A DNA stretch of 64,000 nt from Ignavibacteriota bacterium. GTDB lineage: Bacteria > Bacteroidota > Ignavibacteria > UBA10030 > UBA6906. Shown piece after piece: positions 53,692 to 64,000 of this stretch; position 1 is the first letter of the stretch, and each line of letters begins with the position of its first letter. Location: positions 1,536,001-1,600,000 of the forward strand of contig CAWDEM010000004.1 in NCBI GenBank assembly GCA_963801355.1, in the 5' to 3' direction. Below the pieces are notes generated by a model that was not told the DNA's origin, did no database searches, and was given only the letters and a program-made list of their open reading frames with translations. The translations under genes and the position numbers were made by a program.

Positions 53692-55623
53692 TCATTTGGC
53701 GACGATCTTCGCTGCCCAATCGTTGGATGCTCGATCTTTCGTGTCCGGGAATTCTGGCACACGAAGCACCCCGTTCTCATCGGCTCTTATCAACACCTTC
53801 TCTTTCCACTCGCCGGTAACTGGATGGTACCATTGAAATGAATAAGCCGAGCCTGGCATGAAATTATGAAGCGTGGGAAGGACGGATGTATTTTCGAAAT
53901 AAAGAAAAGCCAGACTCTTGTCCGGCGTCCGCATCATATATGCCCAACCATCCAATCCGTCCTCCGCTGCTCCCGGCGCTTTGTTGGGCTGCACATCGTG
54001 ACGAGCAAGTTCCAGCTTCTGGTAGTTTCCACGTTCCGATAGTATGAAGTCTCGCAAGTGCTGCATGTACTTGGCCGATTCATATTTCAGTGCAACCCAG
54101 AAATGAGGACGTGCCCCGGCCGGTTCACCAGTCGTAGTTATATCATACGCCGACGTTCCATGCACATGTCCTGACAATCCGCCCGAGAGAACGGAACCGT
54201 ACATCTGAGCCCGGGCAAAATAGTTGTCACGATCGGAATTGGCCGGTGGGCGCTCTCCACCGGGCTTGTTGATCTCATGATTCCAACCGGTGTAGTATGG
54301 CTCGAAGTTGATCGCAGGGTAGGCAGGATCCAGCTTGAATATCGTTTCGAGCGCATTCGCCACCCGATGATCTCTCGGGTTGTTTCCCACACTGTGCATC
54401 GTGAGCCAGGGAGCGCTATTGCCATGGCCGAATTGAGTGTAGGTTGAGTTATTGATGAGCACCGTCACCGGCTGACCAAAGGGCATGGAACCATATTTTG
54501 CCAGATGGCAGGTCAGTGCTTTGTTGAACTGATCGGCCGTTAGGCTGAAATCAGCCGGAATCCAATCCAGGTGAATCACACTGAAAATGATATTGTAAGC
54601 ACCGTAGCGCGAAGCCAGGTATTGTACATACCGTGCAAAGCTTCCCTTGAAGTTGAAATAGGCATTCCAGGAGGGGCCAACATCTCTCCGCACCGTTTCA
54701 AGCAATGGCACAAATCCCTGTTCAGACAGGAATCTCATCTTCTTGTCCAAGCTCTGGAAATACTCGGGATTGAGACGATCAAAATCGGCCACACCTCTAT
54801 GGTCTTTCGACATCTCGAATGGTAGATGTCCATACTCATCCCGCATGTTTTTGGCAGTAAAAGAGCCCCAATAACTTGAAGCGCCGGAGGCACCAGTTCC
54901 CATCACGGCTGACACATCATAACCAAACTTTTCCCAGGCGTTCCTCACGTACACACCGTTGGAATCCGCATACGTGCTTGGATTGTAGTCCGCTTCCCAG
55001 TTCGGAAAACCAGCAATCATGCTTACAGAATTAAACCCCTGTTTCTTCCGATACGCGACGGCATCCTCAAAACCGATTCCAGGTCCGGGCTCGTAGTCAC
55101 CTGAGGCAGCTGCGTTCCTGAATGGAAGCCTCCAGGTGGTACCGGCTAACCAGGTATCACCAACGAGAAAAAAGGATGTACCGTCTGCATACTGCAGGGC
55201 ATGCCCGTTTGGAGTCGGCCGCAGAAATCCACGCCGCACCGGATTTGCTTCCTTTTGCTCTTCCGCCCATTGTACTGCTGTAAATCTACCGGATTGATTG
55301 TTGAGTCCTTCATCCCGTACCTGGTTAGAGCCGCTCGTCCATCTCCACTCTCCAACTTCTGTTGCCACCACCCGCACCCTGAAGGTGCTGCCGCCATCCC
55401 AAAACCCATAGACGCGCTTGGAAAAGCCCGGTCCTTCTAGATCTACCCAGCAGGTCACATCCGTATAAGAGTTGTCGTATTTCTGGCCTGCTGTCAGCGC
55501 GATTTCATTCAATTCCCACACATGAAACAGAGGAATGATCGGAGCATTCTGTGCGTGGTGCGGTATTCCCAACAGGAGAAGCAGAATGAATAACAAGAAC
55601 ACTATTTTGTACGTGAAGTCCAT
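53692..55623 (-). CDS. DUF5060 + DUF4038 (apiosidase-like glycoside hydrolase) protein
   Basis: YGFWDGG..FRVR….GEWRW, ADGTSFFLVGDTW, RKKQGFN, NPEYFQSLDKK, NFEPYY, QWYHPVTG…DWA. Confidence 0.85.
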   Translation of the reverse strand: MDFTYKIVFLLFILLLLLGIPHHAQNAPIIPLFHVWELNEIALTAGQKYDNSYTDVTCWVDLEGPGFSKRVYGFWDGGSTFRVRVVATEVGEWRWTSGSNQVRDEGLNNQSGRFTAVQWAEEQKEANPVRRGFLRPTPNGHALQYADGTSFFLVGDTWLAGTTWRLPFRNAAASGDYEPGPGIGFEDAVAYRKKQGFNSVSMIAGFPNWEADYNPSTYADSNGVYVRNAWEKFGYDVSAVMGTGASGASSYWGSFTAKNMRDEYGHLPFEMSKDHRGVADFDRLNPEYFQSLDKKMRFLSEQGFVPLLETVRRDVGPSWNAYFNFKGSFARYVQYLASRYGAYNIIFSVIHLDWIPADFSLTADQFNKALTCHLAKYGSMPFGQPVTVLINNSTYTQFGHGNSAPWLTMHSVGNNPRDHRVANALETIFKLDPAYPAINFEPYYTGWNHEINKPGGERPPANSDRDNYFARAQMYGSVLSGGLSGHVHGTSAYDITTTGEPAGARPHFWVALKYESAKYMQHLRDFILSERGNYQKLELARHDVQPNKAPGAAEDGLDGWAYMMRTPDKSLAFLYFENTSVLPTLHNFMPGSAYSFQWYHPVTGEWKEKVLIRADENGVLRVPEFPDTKDRASNDWAAKIVAK

Positions 55624-55903
55624 TTCCTCCCTCCATGAAAAACACTATGAGCACTGACGCAAGATGTATGACGGACTTGCGGCTCACGTGCGCTGCGAAA
55701 CAAAACGTTCGGTTGAATCCCCCCTTCTCAACCCCTAACTGTCCGGGGACTTCTCACGCTAGACCGCAGATCCCTTGATGCGGCAAGATAACCACCGCTC
55801 AATGGATTGTCAACCAACGCCGAGGGCTACATGCGAGGGGGGGGTGCGCGAAGAGATACAAGAGGGCCCAGCGATTGCCGGGGCTCGTTCTGTTCAGCAG
55901 GAT

Positions 55904-57460
55904 CTACCGGAGAAGGATGAGTTTACGCGTCTCGACGAACGAGCCGGCTTGCATCCGATACAGATAGACGCCTGATGCCAATCCCGACGCATCAAACTTC
56001 ACCTCGTGATACCCCGCCTCCACTTCGCCATTCACCAACTCCTTCACGATTTGGCCGAGAGTGTTGTAGACGGTGAGTGTGATGTGTGAGCGAATGGGCA
56101 TAGCATACTGAATTGTCGTGCTCGGGTTGAAGGGGTTGGGATAGTTCTGGAAAAGCGAAGATGTTGCAGGAGGGGACACGCCCACGGTGGGGTCGACGGC
56201 CACAACGCGACTGTTGGTTTTCTGCAGCTGGTCCAGTGCAAAGGCAGCATAGGCTGATTCCGCCGCGAGCACGGTCGAGAAATCGCACAGTCCGGATCTC
56301 CAGGCGGAGAGGAGCGTGTCCGCAGCTTCGAAGATGGTATCCTCCGCTCCGAAGATGTCCGGCAATATCCCTTCACCTGCATCGTTGCGGAGCGGGAATG
56401 AGTTCAGGTAATACACCCACGTAGGTCCACCCCATATCTTGTACGCGATCTCGAAGGCGGTAGCGTTTAGCGGAGCTCGAGGCGCATCGACGGCCTGGGG
56501 CGGTACCCGTCCAATCGGCCAGTACGGCACAGCAATCCCGGTGGCAGGATTGCCGAGGATGACCCAGAAGGTGGAAGTGAACGCCGGCTCCCCGTGGAGT
56601 ACGCCGTGAACAACGGCCGCCGAAACCGACCCGACATTGCAGATGGTTTCACCGGCTGGTATGTACCCATACGGTGCTCCTCCGTGGGAACCGTGGAAAG
56701 GAATCGGATATGGCACACCGCTGGGATCGGCGAGGTCTCTCATCTGGTGACGAAAGACTGTCCTGGGCGAGATCGAGTCACCGGCGTAGAAGTCATCAAA
56801 GAGCGCAGTCGTTCGCTCGAACCGCACTAGTCCTAACGAGCCACCACCGGCCATGGCAAAGTTCGTCCGAAGAACATATCCGTGGGGGGCCGCCATCGAG
56901 TCAGCGGCATCGTACATCCAGTAGGCAGTGCCGCCCGTTTCAAAAATCACCGCCGCCCCCGTTGAATCCATCACGGCAAAACACGCGTCCGTGCCCCGCT
57001 GCGTAGCGTTGGTGCTGTCCAGCAAGGACTTGAACTCCGCCACGGATGCACAGGTGCCGGCAGCAAGCGTCATGAAAGGGCCGTTTCCCAGCCCTCCTGC
57101 CGAAACAAGATCGGGGCACCACGAGTTGACGATGGCAAACCCCTTGTCGTTGAGGCTCATCCAGCTGCTCGACCTGCTCCCCGCGTTGATTACTGCCAAG
57201 AATTTGTGCGCATATGTCGTGTTCAGGAATATGGCGTTGTCCTGATTTTCAGCGTCACGTGTCTTCCAGATGATCGGGCGTCCATCCCGTGTCGCTCTCC
57301 CTGAGGCCGCGCCGAGGGTGCATCCCTCCCATGAACCATCGAGCCCGCTTCTGTAGGACAGCTCTTGCGGGAGAGACGTGACTCCAGGATCACCCTGGGA
57401 TGAGGCGGCAGCCGCGAAGACGGTGAAGGCAAGGGAAAGCTGGATACACCGTAGCGTCAT
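55904..57460 (-). CDS. C45/Ntn-hydrolase family peptidase or acyltransferase with T9SS CTD
   Basis: EG|CT autocleavage-type Cys, ATRDGRPIIWKTRD, RTNF; LFQNYPNPFNPST CTD; AAGGAGG RBS before ATG 57460. Confidence 0.85.
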   Translation of the reverse strand: MTLRCIQLSLAFTVFAAAASSQGDPGVTSLPQELSYRSGLDGSWEGCTLGAASGRATRDGRPIIWKTRDAENQDNAIFLNTTYAHKFLAVINAGSRSSSWMSLNDKGFAIVNSWCPDLVSAGGLGNGPFMTLAAGTCASVAEFKSLLDSTNATQRGTDACFAVMDSTGAAVIFETGGTAYWMYDAADSMAAPHGYVLRTNFAMAGGGSLGLVRFERTTALFDDFYAGDSISPRTVFRHQMRDLADPSGVPYPIPFHGSHGGAPYGYIPAGETICNVGSVSAAVVHGVLHGEPAFTSTFWVILGNPATGIAVPYWPIGRVPPQAVDAPRAPLNATAFEIAYKIWGGPTWVYYLNSFPLRNDAGEGILPDIFGAEDTIFEAADTLLSAWRSGLCDFSTVLAAESAYAAFALDQLQKTNSRVVAVDPTVGVSPPATSSLFQNYPNPFNPSTTIQYAMPIRSHITLTVYNTLGQIVKELVNGEVEAGYHEVKFDASGLASGVYLYRMQAGSFVETRKLILLR

Positions 57461-57642
57461 AGTTGCCTCCTTGGAGGATGTGGGGACAGGGGTGGCCGAG
57501 GCAGATGCAGGAGGGTCGTCGGGGTGGGCTCTACAACAGAAGAACTGGAACAGGGTCCAGGGCGGCGGCCCGATGGCCGAAAGTGGTTCACCAGTATGCA
57601 CGAATGTACACGGAACATACGGCATTGTCAATCAGCCAGCTG

Positions 57643-57670
57643 CTGAAACCCCAACTCTGAAACCCCAACT
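57643..57670. repeat. 14-bp tandem duplication CTGAAACCCCAACT x2
   Basis: Two exact adjacent copies between the integrase and the C45 gene. Confidence 0.7.
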
Positions 57671-57831
57671 CACAGCCGAGTTTCCGGCCTATCTCCCCCA
57701 GACCCCTCTCCCCCAATGCCCTCTGGTGGAGATCGCCCGGGAAATGCCCACTCACGTGCGGATTTCGGGCCGTAGAACGCATCCTGCAGACCTCTCCAGC
57801 CCCAATTGGGCCGCTCCAGGATCCTCAACGG

Positions 57832-58860
57832 TCAGTTCAGTTCGATCTGAATCCTGTTCACCGTGCTGTGCAGCTGCTCTGGCTGCAGGTGGGCGTAGAT
57901 CTCGGTCACCTTTGATGAGGAATGTCCCAGGAGTCGCTGTACTTCGTACAAAGTCGATCCACTCTGGACCAACAAACTCGCAAATGAATGCCTCAGGCTA
58001 TGAAAGTGAAGCCGATCATCCAGACCTGCTTTCGGAACGTACCATTTGAACAAATGGGTGATGTACTGCGGATCTATCGCCTTGTCGTCAAACGTGAAGA
58101 CATACTTCCCAAGACTTACCGGGATCCGTGATGCCAACACATGCATGGCTGCATCATTGAGCGGGACCGTTCGGTGCTTCTCCGCCTTTGTCTTGAAGGT
58201 TGGGGTAGAATGAACAAGAACAATCCTCTTGATCATCTGCACGTCTACCCATCGCAGATTGGCGATCTCTCCTCGACGCAACCCGGTAGTAGCGGCAAAG
58301 ACAATGACCTCGCGGAACCACTGTTCCTCTACACATGCGAGCAGCCGCCCGAGTCCGTCGAGAGAGAAGAATACGGGAAGCTGTTCTGAGACCAGTGCAA
58401 ACTGCACATCCTCAAATGGGCTCTGCGGAATGAGCTTCCACTTCCGCGCAGTGTTGAACGCCGCACGCAAGGTCCTCAGCTCAATGTTCACCGAGATGGG
58501 CTTGACTTGACCAAGGCGATAGGTCTTGTAGCGGTCGAAATGTTGCGCGGTGATGTTGCCCAAGCTGATGTCTCCGATCTGGCACAAGAAGTTCCTCAGA
58601 CATCGGCGATAGATGTCAAAGGTCGCGGGAGAGTAGTTCTTCTCTGCATAGGCAAGGAAATCCGCAGCGAAGACCCTGAGAGGGATAGGTCGGGCCTTCT
58701 CCCGAATGAGTTCCTGGAAGTGTGCGAGGGCTTTGAGCGCTCCAGATTTGGTCGTTGCCCCGGTGGACTTCCAATGGCGCCTGCCATCGCGGTAGAAGCC
58801 GATGTAATAGATCTGGTTGGGACGTTTGTAGAGGGAGAATCTTGAAGGAAGGACAGACAT
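57832..58860 (-). CDS. Tyrosine recombinase / phage-type integrase
   Basis: TGLRRGE (R), HSLRH (HxxR), LLGH, TEIYAH (Y); N-terminal arm-binding-like YYIGF…HWKSTG; GGAGG RBS. Confidence 0.95.
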   Translation of the reverse strand: MSVLPSRFSLYKRPNQIYYIGFYRDGRRHWKSTGATTKSGALKALAHFQELIREKARPIPLRVFAADFLAYAEKNYSPATFDIYRRCLRNFLCQIGDISLGNITAQHFDRYKTYRLGQVKPISVNIELRTLRAAFNTARKWKLIPQSPFEDVQFALVSEQLPVFFSLDGLGRLLACVEEQWFREVIVFAATTGLRRGEIANLRWVDVQMIKRIVLVHSTPTFKTKAEKHRTVPLNDAAMHVLASRIPVSLGKYVFTFDDKAIDPQYITHLFKWYVPKAGLDDRLHFHSLRHSFASLLVQSGSTLYEVQRLLGHSSSKVTEIYAHLQPEQLHSTVNRIQIELN

Positions 58861-58943
58861 GTTGACCTCCAACTGTCAACAGATCTGTCTACAGCAAGCG
58901 GATCAAGGGATGCGGAAGATCAGAATACCCTTGATTTTACAAG

Positions 58944-59018
58944 CGGGGTAGACGAGACTCGAACTCGCGGCCTCCTGCGTGACAGGCAGGCGCTCTAACC
59001 AAACTGAGCTACTACCCC
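58944..59018 (-). tRNA. tRNA-Asp (GTC), CCA not encoded
   Basis: GGGGTAG TAGCTCAGTTTGGTTAGAGC GCCTGCCT-GTC-ACGCAGG AGGCC GCGAG-TTCGAGT-CTCGT CTACCCC G cloverleaf. Confidence 0.97.
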
Positions 59019-59131
59019 GAACTATCCACTAACGAAAGGATCTGCAATTCACAACCAAGTACCATAAAGATAAGGATAAGGCACAGAATAATCAAGAGAA
59101 TGATGATTTTTCGATGCGCTCGACGTGGAGG

Positions 59132-61186
59132 CTAGTGAAACAAGGCCTCCGCCGGAATCGGGCCCTTCCTAACGCCACTTCTCTCCCAGGAAACCTTCAG
59201 CCCCTCTCCCCCTGAACTTTGAAAGAAAACCACACGGATCGGATGAAATCCCTCGGCAAGCGCAATCACGCCCGAAACCTCCTGCATGCCGTGCTGCCCG
59301 TCGTTGTCAACGATCATTGACTCACCGATGTACAATCGGCTGCCATCGTCCGACTCGGTGATGAACCGGTACACTGCAGTCGCGGGGACACGAACGTAGC
59401 CGGTGTACTCCAAACCGTAGTTTTCCCCCTGCATTGTCGGCGGAAGGAAAAATGACGCGGCTATTCCGTTCTTGACTGCAGTGAGGGATGCGAAATCAGG
59501 TAGTTGATCCCACTTGCCCTGAAACCAACGGAAACCCACACCGGCCTCGCGCCCGGAGAGCGAAAGAGACGGCCGTGGCTCCACTTTTTTGAGTTCGATC
59601 CGCGACGAGTCGCTGACCGGACGGCCACTCACGAAACAACGGGCACTCACAGTCGAAGACGAGTGGAGGATCACGGGTCCATCGACGCGCGGCGACCTCA
59701 CCGTCGGCGTGGAACCATCCGTGGTGTACCTGATTTCCGCCCGTTTACTATTCGAGGCAATTGTCACAGCCGCGCTGTCTATGAAGATGGGAAACTCGGA
59801 TCCGATATCCGGTGGATCGGCGATGTCGGGCCGGCCGGGAATCTCGAGTACAACTACAGAGTTGATGGGATCCGGCGGCGCCGGCGGAAGACCAATCACC
59901 AGCGCGTCATCATGACGGTTCACTTTCAAAGAACGCCTGCGGGAATCCGCCAGAAGATATGCCTTCCGCGCGTTGTTAAGGATTCCGGGCACAACCAACT
60001 GCCGGTTCTGCGGCCAGTCGAACACGTGGAGATACAAGCGCGTTCCGCCATTAGCTTTCTTTTGCGTACATCGTCCCCAGGCAAGTGACTTGAACGGACT
60101 CGCCTGCGTGCCATAGATTGCTTCACTGTTTACCTTCATCCATTTGCCGATGGCCTGCAACCGTTCAATGCTCGGGCCCGGAAACTCACCGTCTGCCGTC
60201 GGCCCGATATTCAGCAAGAGATTCCCGCCCTTCGATGCAATGTCGGCAAGCATCCGCACCAACTCGCTCGAAGACTTCCATTTGTCGTCGTGACTATTGT
60301 AACCCCAATGGTCGTTCATGGTTATACAGGACTCCCAGTCAACGCCGGGAAGACCGGTCGCGGGAACCTGCTGCTCGGGTGTCCCGAAATCGCCGGCGAA
60401 TTCTTCTCCCTGGGAGAACCCCTGCATGCCCGACCGTCCTGCTCCCACACGGTTGTTGATGATGATGGAAGGCTGCAGAGAGCGCACATAGTCGTAGAGC
60501 TCACGCCCCATCTTCTGGTTCCAGGTGTTCTCCCATTCGCCGTCAAACCAGAGCACGCCGATGTCACCGTAGTTTGTCACCAACTCCCTCAATTGCTCTC
60601 TCATGTAATGAAGATATCGTGCGGAGTCTGCTCCTTCCGTCGGACGGTCCTTTTCCCAATCCCTCCTCGGAAGATAATCGGGATGATGCCAGTCCATTAT
60701 GGAGTAGTACCAGCACATCTTCATCCCCTGCCGCCGGCATTCTTCAGCGAGAGACTTCATAATGTCGCGACGAAACGGAGTGGACATGACGTCGTAGTCC
60801 GTTTGCTTCGAATCGAACAGGCAGAAACCATCGTGGTGTTTTGTTGTGATGACGATGTATTTCATACCGGCTTCTTTTGCGGCACGGACCCATGCCCCCG
60901 GGTCGAACCGGGTAGGGTTGAACTGGCTGACGAATTCATCGTACTTCGCCAGAGGGATGTGAGCGGTCGTGCGGATCCACTCGGCATGGCCGGTCTCCTC
61001 CCCCCAGGTCCCCGCAGGAATGGCATACAACCCCCAATGGATGAAGAGGCCGAATCGCGCCTCACGCCACCACTGCATGCGGGCGTCGTGTTGTGAGGGA
61101 GTCTCGGGTTGCCCGAGCGCTGCAAAGGGATGCGTGCAAAAGAGAGCGAACAGGACGGGCAGAGCGATGATTCTTCGTGCGTTCAT
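59132..61186 (-). CDS. GH29 alpha-L-fucosidase with FN3-associated and PA14 domains
   Basis: WWREARFGLFIHWG, TTKHHDGF, LWFDGEW, SKGGNLLLNIGP; IRYTTDGS.P; SDDGSRL…DNDGQH. Confidence 0.94.
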   Translation of the reverse strand: MNARRIIALPVLFALFCTHPFAALGQPETPSQHDARMQWWREARFGLFIHWGLYAIPAGTWGEETGHAEWIRTTAHIPLAKYDEFVSQFNPTRFDPGAWVRAAKEAGMKYIVITTKHHDGFCLFDSKQTDYDVMSTPFRRDIMKSLAEECRRQGMKMCWYYSIMDWHHPDYLPRRDWEKDRPTEGADSARYLHYMREQLRELVTNYGDIGVLWFDGEWENTWNQKMGRELYDYVRSLQPSIIINNRVGAGRSGMQGFSQGEEFAGDFGTPEQQVPATGLPGVDWESCITMNDHWGYNSHDDKWKSSSELVRMLADIASKGGNLLLNIGPTADGEFPGPSIERLQAIGKWMKVNSEAIYGTQASPFKSLAWGRCTQKKANGGTRLYLHVFDWPQNRQLVVPGILNNARKAYLLADSRRRSLKVNRHDDALVIGLPPAPPDPINSVVVLEIPGRPDIADPPDIGSEFPIFIDSAAVTIASNSKRAEIRYTTDGSTPTVRSPRVDGPVILHSSSTVSARCFVSGRPVSDSSRIELKKVEPRPSLSLSGREAGVGFRWFQGKWDQLPDFASLTAVKNGIAASFFLPPTMQGENYGLEYTGYVRVPATAVYRFITESDDGSRLYIGESMIVDNDGQHGMQEVSGVIALAEGFHPIRVVFFQSSGGEGLKVSWERSGVRKGPIPAEALFH

Positions 61187-61265
61187 GGGGGGATCCTTCA
61201 TCTCCGTGGGTTCATGTATCCGAAGATAACCAAAAAGTCGGAATGGTGCCGCATGCTTTTTCCAC

Positions 61266-61293
61266 TTGACACTCACCCCCGATTTCTTATATT
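61266..61293 (+). promoter_or_regulatory. sigma70-like promoter of the ilv leader/operon
   Basis: TTGACA-N16-TATATT, 21 nt upstream of the leader ATG. Confidence 0.6.
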
Positions 61294-61314
61294 CAGAACA
61301 TACCTGTGAATCCA

Positions 61315-61446
61315 ATGGGAAACAGCCTCCATACCGGCATCAGCAGCACCGCACGGACACCCGTTGCATTCTCACGTATTTCTGTCTCCTGGTTGGCTAT
61401 TCTCCTCCTTATCCTTAACCTCCTGGTTCTGGGGCTACTTAACTAA
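61315..61446 (+). CDS. ilv operon leader peptide (43 aa)
   Basis: MGNSLHTGISSTARTPVAFSRISVSWLAILLLILNLLVLGLLN*; the Ile/Leu/Val cluster lies directly upstream of ilvD. Confidence 0.75.
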   Translation: MGNSLHTGISSTARTPVAFSRISVSWLAILLLILNLLVLGLLN

Positions 61447-61565
61447 CCCGGACGCCAGAGGTTAACCAAGCACACCACAAAGCACTTCAGTTGATCTACC
61501 GGTAAGCAAGGTTCGCCTCTGGCAGGCCGAAATTGTTGTTTCATGCGTCTGAGTGAGGATGAACC
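61415..61565 (+). promoter_or_regulatory. Ribosome-dependent attenuator with alternative pairings 1:2 / 2:3 / 3:4(RBS)
   Basis: Seg1 61415-61433 pairs with seg2 61447-61467; seg2 61454-61467 pairs with seg3 61510-61523 (13/14); seg3 pairs with seg4 61555-61565, which contains the ilvD GAGGA RBS. Confidence 0.65.
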
Positions 61566-61567
61566 CA

Positions 61568-63253
61568 ATGCCGGAATCGTTTTCGTGGAACCGCCGCAGC
61601 CGGACCGTTACCGAGGGTATCCAGCGTACGCCCAACCGTGCAATGCTGCGGGCAGTGGGATTCGGTGACCCCGATTTCGCCAAACCAATCGTTGGAATTT
61701 CCAACGCCCACAGTAATCTCACCCCCTGCAACGTAGGTTTGAACGGCCTCGCGGATGCCGCAATGGCTGCCCTGAAGGCAGCCGGGGCGATGCCCCAGGT
61801 CTTCGGGACAATCACCGTCAGCGACGGCATATCCATGGGGACACAGGGTATGAAGTACAGCCTGGTCTCCCGGGAGATCATCGCGGATTCCATCGAAGCG
61901 GTCTGCAGTGCCCAGTGCATGGATGGCATTCTGGCTATCGGCGGGTGTGACAAGAACATACCCGGTGCACTGATCGCCTTCGCACGCCTGAATATCCCCG
62001 CGATATTTGTCTACGGCGGGACCATCAAACCCGGGCACTACAACGGCCGGGATCTCACGATCGTGAGTGCGTTTGAGGCGGTTGGGGAGTTCAGCGCGCA
62101 CAAGATCGGCGAGCACGAGCTGAAGGAAGTCGAGCGTCACGCATGCCCCGGTGCCGGCTCATGCGGCGGCATGTACACGGCCAACACAATGTCCTCGGCT
62201 GTCGAGGCGATGGGCATGTCGCTTCCATACTCTTCGACGATGGCGGCGGAGGATGCCGAAAAAACCGGGAGTACCGCTGCATCTGCGGACGCTCTAGTAG
62301 GCGCCATCAAGAACCAGATTCTTCCCCGGGCAATCCTCACTCGCAAGGCCTTTGAGAATGCGATCGCCGTGACAATGGCTGTCGGCGGATCGACAAACGC
62401 CGTTCTCCACTTGCTGGCGATTGCGTATGCAGCCGGAGTGCCACTCACAGTGGATGACTTTGAGCCCATTCGCAAACGTGTCCCGGTGTTGTGTGACCTC
62501 AAGCCTTCGGGCAAATACGTCACAACGGAGTTTCACAGAGCCGGTGGAGTCCCCCAGGTGATGCGCATGCTCCTTGATCATGGCGTGCTGCATGGTGACG
62601 CCTTGACCATCACAGGGCAGACGGTCTCAGAGGTGCTGGCCCCGGTCCCGTCGTCTCCGCCGGTAGGGCAGGAGGTCATCCATTCCTGGGATACGCCGGT
62701 GTATGCGCACGGTCACCTGGTGATACTGCGCGGCAATCTCGCGACAGAAGGCGCGGTGGCGAAAATCACAGGGGTAAAGAAGGCCAGGATTACAGGTCCG
62801 GCACGCGTGTTTGATTCCGAAGAGACCTGTCTTGAGGCAATTCTCTCCGGTCTGATCCGCGCGGGGGACATCCTGGTGATACGCTACGAAGGCCCGAAGG
62901 GAGGGCCGGGCATGCGCGAAATGCTTGCGCCGACCTCCGCCCTGATCGGCGCCGGGCTGGGTGATTCGGTCGGACTGATCACTGACGGCCGCTTTTCGGG
63001 GGGAACCTACGGCATGGTGGTGGGCCATGTCGCTCCGGAAGCGGCCGTCGGAGGAACGATAGCACTCGTGCGGGAACAGGATATGATCACGATCGACGCT
63101 GAAACGATGCAACTCACATTGCATGTTTCGGATCCCGAACTTGACAAGCGGCGCGTTTCCTGGAAACCCTCCCCGCCACCGCAGCGCGGCGTGCTGGCAA
63201 AGTATGCCAGGTCGGTGTCGAGCAGCAGCCTGGGGGCTGTGACAGATTTGTGA
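61568..63253 (+). CDS. ilvD: Dihydroxy-acid dehydratase
   Basis: [58 protein letters not shown]. Confidence 0.98.
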   Translation: MPESFSWNRRSRTVTEGIQRTPNRAMLRAVGFGDPDFAKPIVGISNAHSNLTPCNVGLNGLADAAMAALKAAGAMPQVFGTITVSDGISMGTQGMKYSLVSREIIADSIEAVCSAQCMDGILAIGGCDKNIPGALIAFARLNIPAIFVYGGTIKPGHYNGRDLTIVSAFEAVGEFSAHKIGEHELKEVERHACPGAGSCGGMYTANTMSSAVEAMGMSLPYSSTMAAEDAEKTGSTAASADALVGAIKNQILPRAILTRKAFENAIAVTMAVGGSTNAVLHLLAIAYAAGVPLTVDDFEPIRKRVPVLCDLKPSGKYVTTEFHRAGGVPQVMRMLLDHGVLHGDALTITGQTVSEVLAPVPSSPPVGQEVIHSWDTPVYAHGHLVILRGNLATEGAVAKITGVKKARITGPARVFDSEETCLEAILSGLIRAGDILVIRYEGPKGGPGMREMLAPTSALIGAGLGDSVGLITDGRFSGGTYGMVVGHVAPEAAVGGTIALVREQDMITIDAETMQLTLHVSDPELDKRRVSWKPSPPPQRGVLAKYARSVSSSSLGAVTDL

Positions 63254-63313
63254 AAACGAGGAACCCGGCATGCGTGTTGCCGGTTCTTAAGTCAAGCAAA
63301 GAGAGGAGCATCT

Positions 63314-64000
63314 ATGACACGGGAGTCAGACAGCGAAGAGGGATCGAAGCCCGGCACGGTGATGACGGGAGCGGAAATTTTCGTGCGTTCGCTCATTGAA
63401 GAGAAAGTCGAGGTGCTCTTCGGATACCCCGGAGGAGCGACAATCGGCGTGTATGACGTGCTTCGTGATCTTTCCAACATCCAGCATGTTCTGACGCGGC
63501 ACGAACAGGGCGCGACACATGCCGCCGAAGGATACGCCCGGGTGACAGGCAAACCCGGCGTGGTACTTGTCACTTCAGGCCCCGGGGCAACAAACACGGT
63601 CACAGGAATCGCGGATGCCTACATGGATTCCCTGCCGCTCGTCGTGTTCACGGGCCAGGTACCGTTGCGGCTCATCGGCAACGACGCCTTCCAGGAAGCA
63701 GATATCGTCGGCATCACACGTCAGATTACCAAGCACAACTACCTCGTGCGGGATGTGACAGAACTCGCGAAGACGATCAAAGAGGCCTTTCACATCGCCG
63801 GCAGCGGCCGGCCCGGGCCCGTGCTGGTGGACCTGCCCAAAGATGTCATGGCACACACCGCGCCGTTCCACTATCCAGCGACAGTGGAGATGAGGAGCTA
63901 TAATCCCATTGTTGAAGGACACCAGAAGCAGTTGAAAAAGGCCGCGGATGTTATCAACGGGGCCGAGCGGCCCGTGCTCTATGTTGGCGGTGGTGTCATT
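63314..64000 (+). CDS. ilvB: Acetolactate synthase large subunit (partial, runs off the window)
   Basis: Manual translation: [11 protein letters not shown]…FGYPGG…[31 protein letters not shown]…[11 protein letters not shown]; GAGGAG RBS. Confidence 0.95.
   Translation, partial: MTRESDSEEGSKPGTVMTGAEIFVRSLIEEKVEVLFGYPGGATIGVYDVLRDLSNIQHVLTRHEQGATHAAEGYARVTGKPGVVLVTSGPGATNTVTGIADAYMDSLPLVVFTGQVPLRLIGNDAFQEADIVGITRQITKHNYLVRDVTELAKTIKEAFHIAGSGRPGPVLVDLPKDVMAHTAPFHYPATVEMRSYNPIVEGHQKQLKKAADVINGAERPVLYVGGGVI

Noticed and set aside
55714-55756. Possible IS3-like ends / mini-element (TGAATCCCCCC…GGGGACTTCTCA)
   Set aside because: The inverted repeat is poor, with no target duplication or transposase

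Overview
GC-rich bacterial chromosome segment. Six proteins end in a T9SS-type C-terminal sorting domain (…NYPNPFNP…K-x-x-L-L/M-R/K/Q), and the window uses sigma70-like TTGACA/TAtaaT promoters and Shine-Dalgarno sites. This points to an Ignavibacteria-like member of the FCB group (inference). Content from left to right: RsbW/RsbU-type partner-switching genes, GDPD, peptidases, a 2025-aa Ig-repeat surface protein, an orphan DUF1016_N-methyltransferase fusion, a glycosyltransferase/amidotransferase cluster, stress genes (lmo0937-family, CsbD), GT9 genes, two novel small paralogous proteins, an S1 protease next to a stand-alone copy of its own N-terminal domain, and a Ser/Thr kinase-TPR gene plus a deleted paralogue. 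A ~16.4 kb island follows, integrated in the 3' end of tRNA-Asp (14-bp direct repeats at 42560-42573 and 58943-58956, intact tyrosine integrase). It carries glycan-debranching enzymes (GH29, 2x GH31, esterases, DUF5060/DUF4038). The window ends with a second GH29 and the start of the ilvD-ilvB operon, preceded by an Ile/Leu/Val-rich leader peptide with an apparent RBS-sequestering (translational) attenuator. No CRISPR array, rRNA or intact IS was seen. All family calls are from motif recognition by eye; no database search was run.
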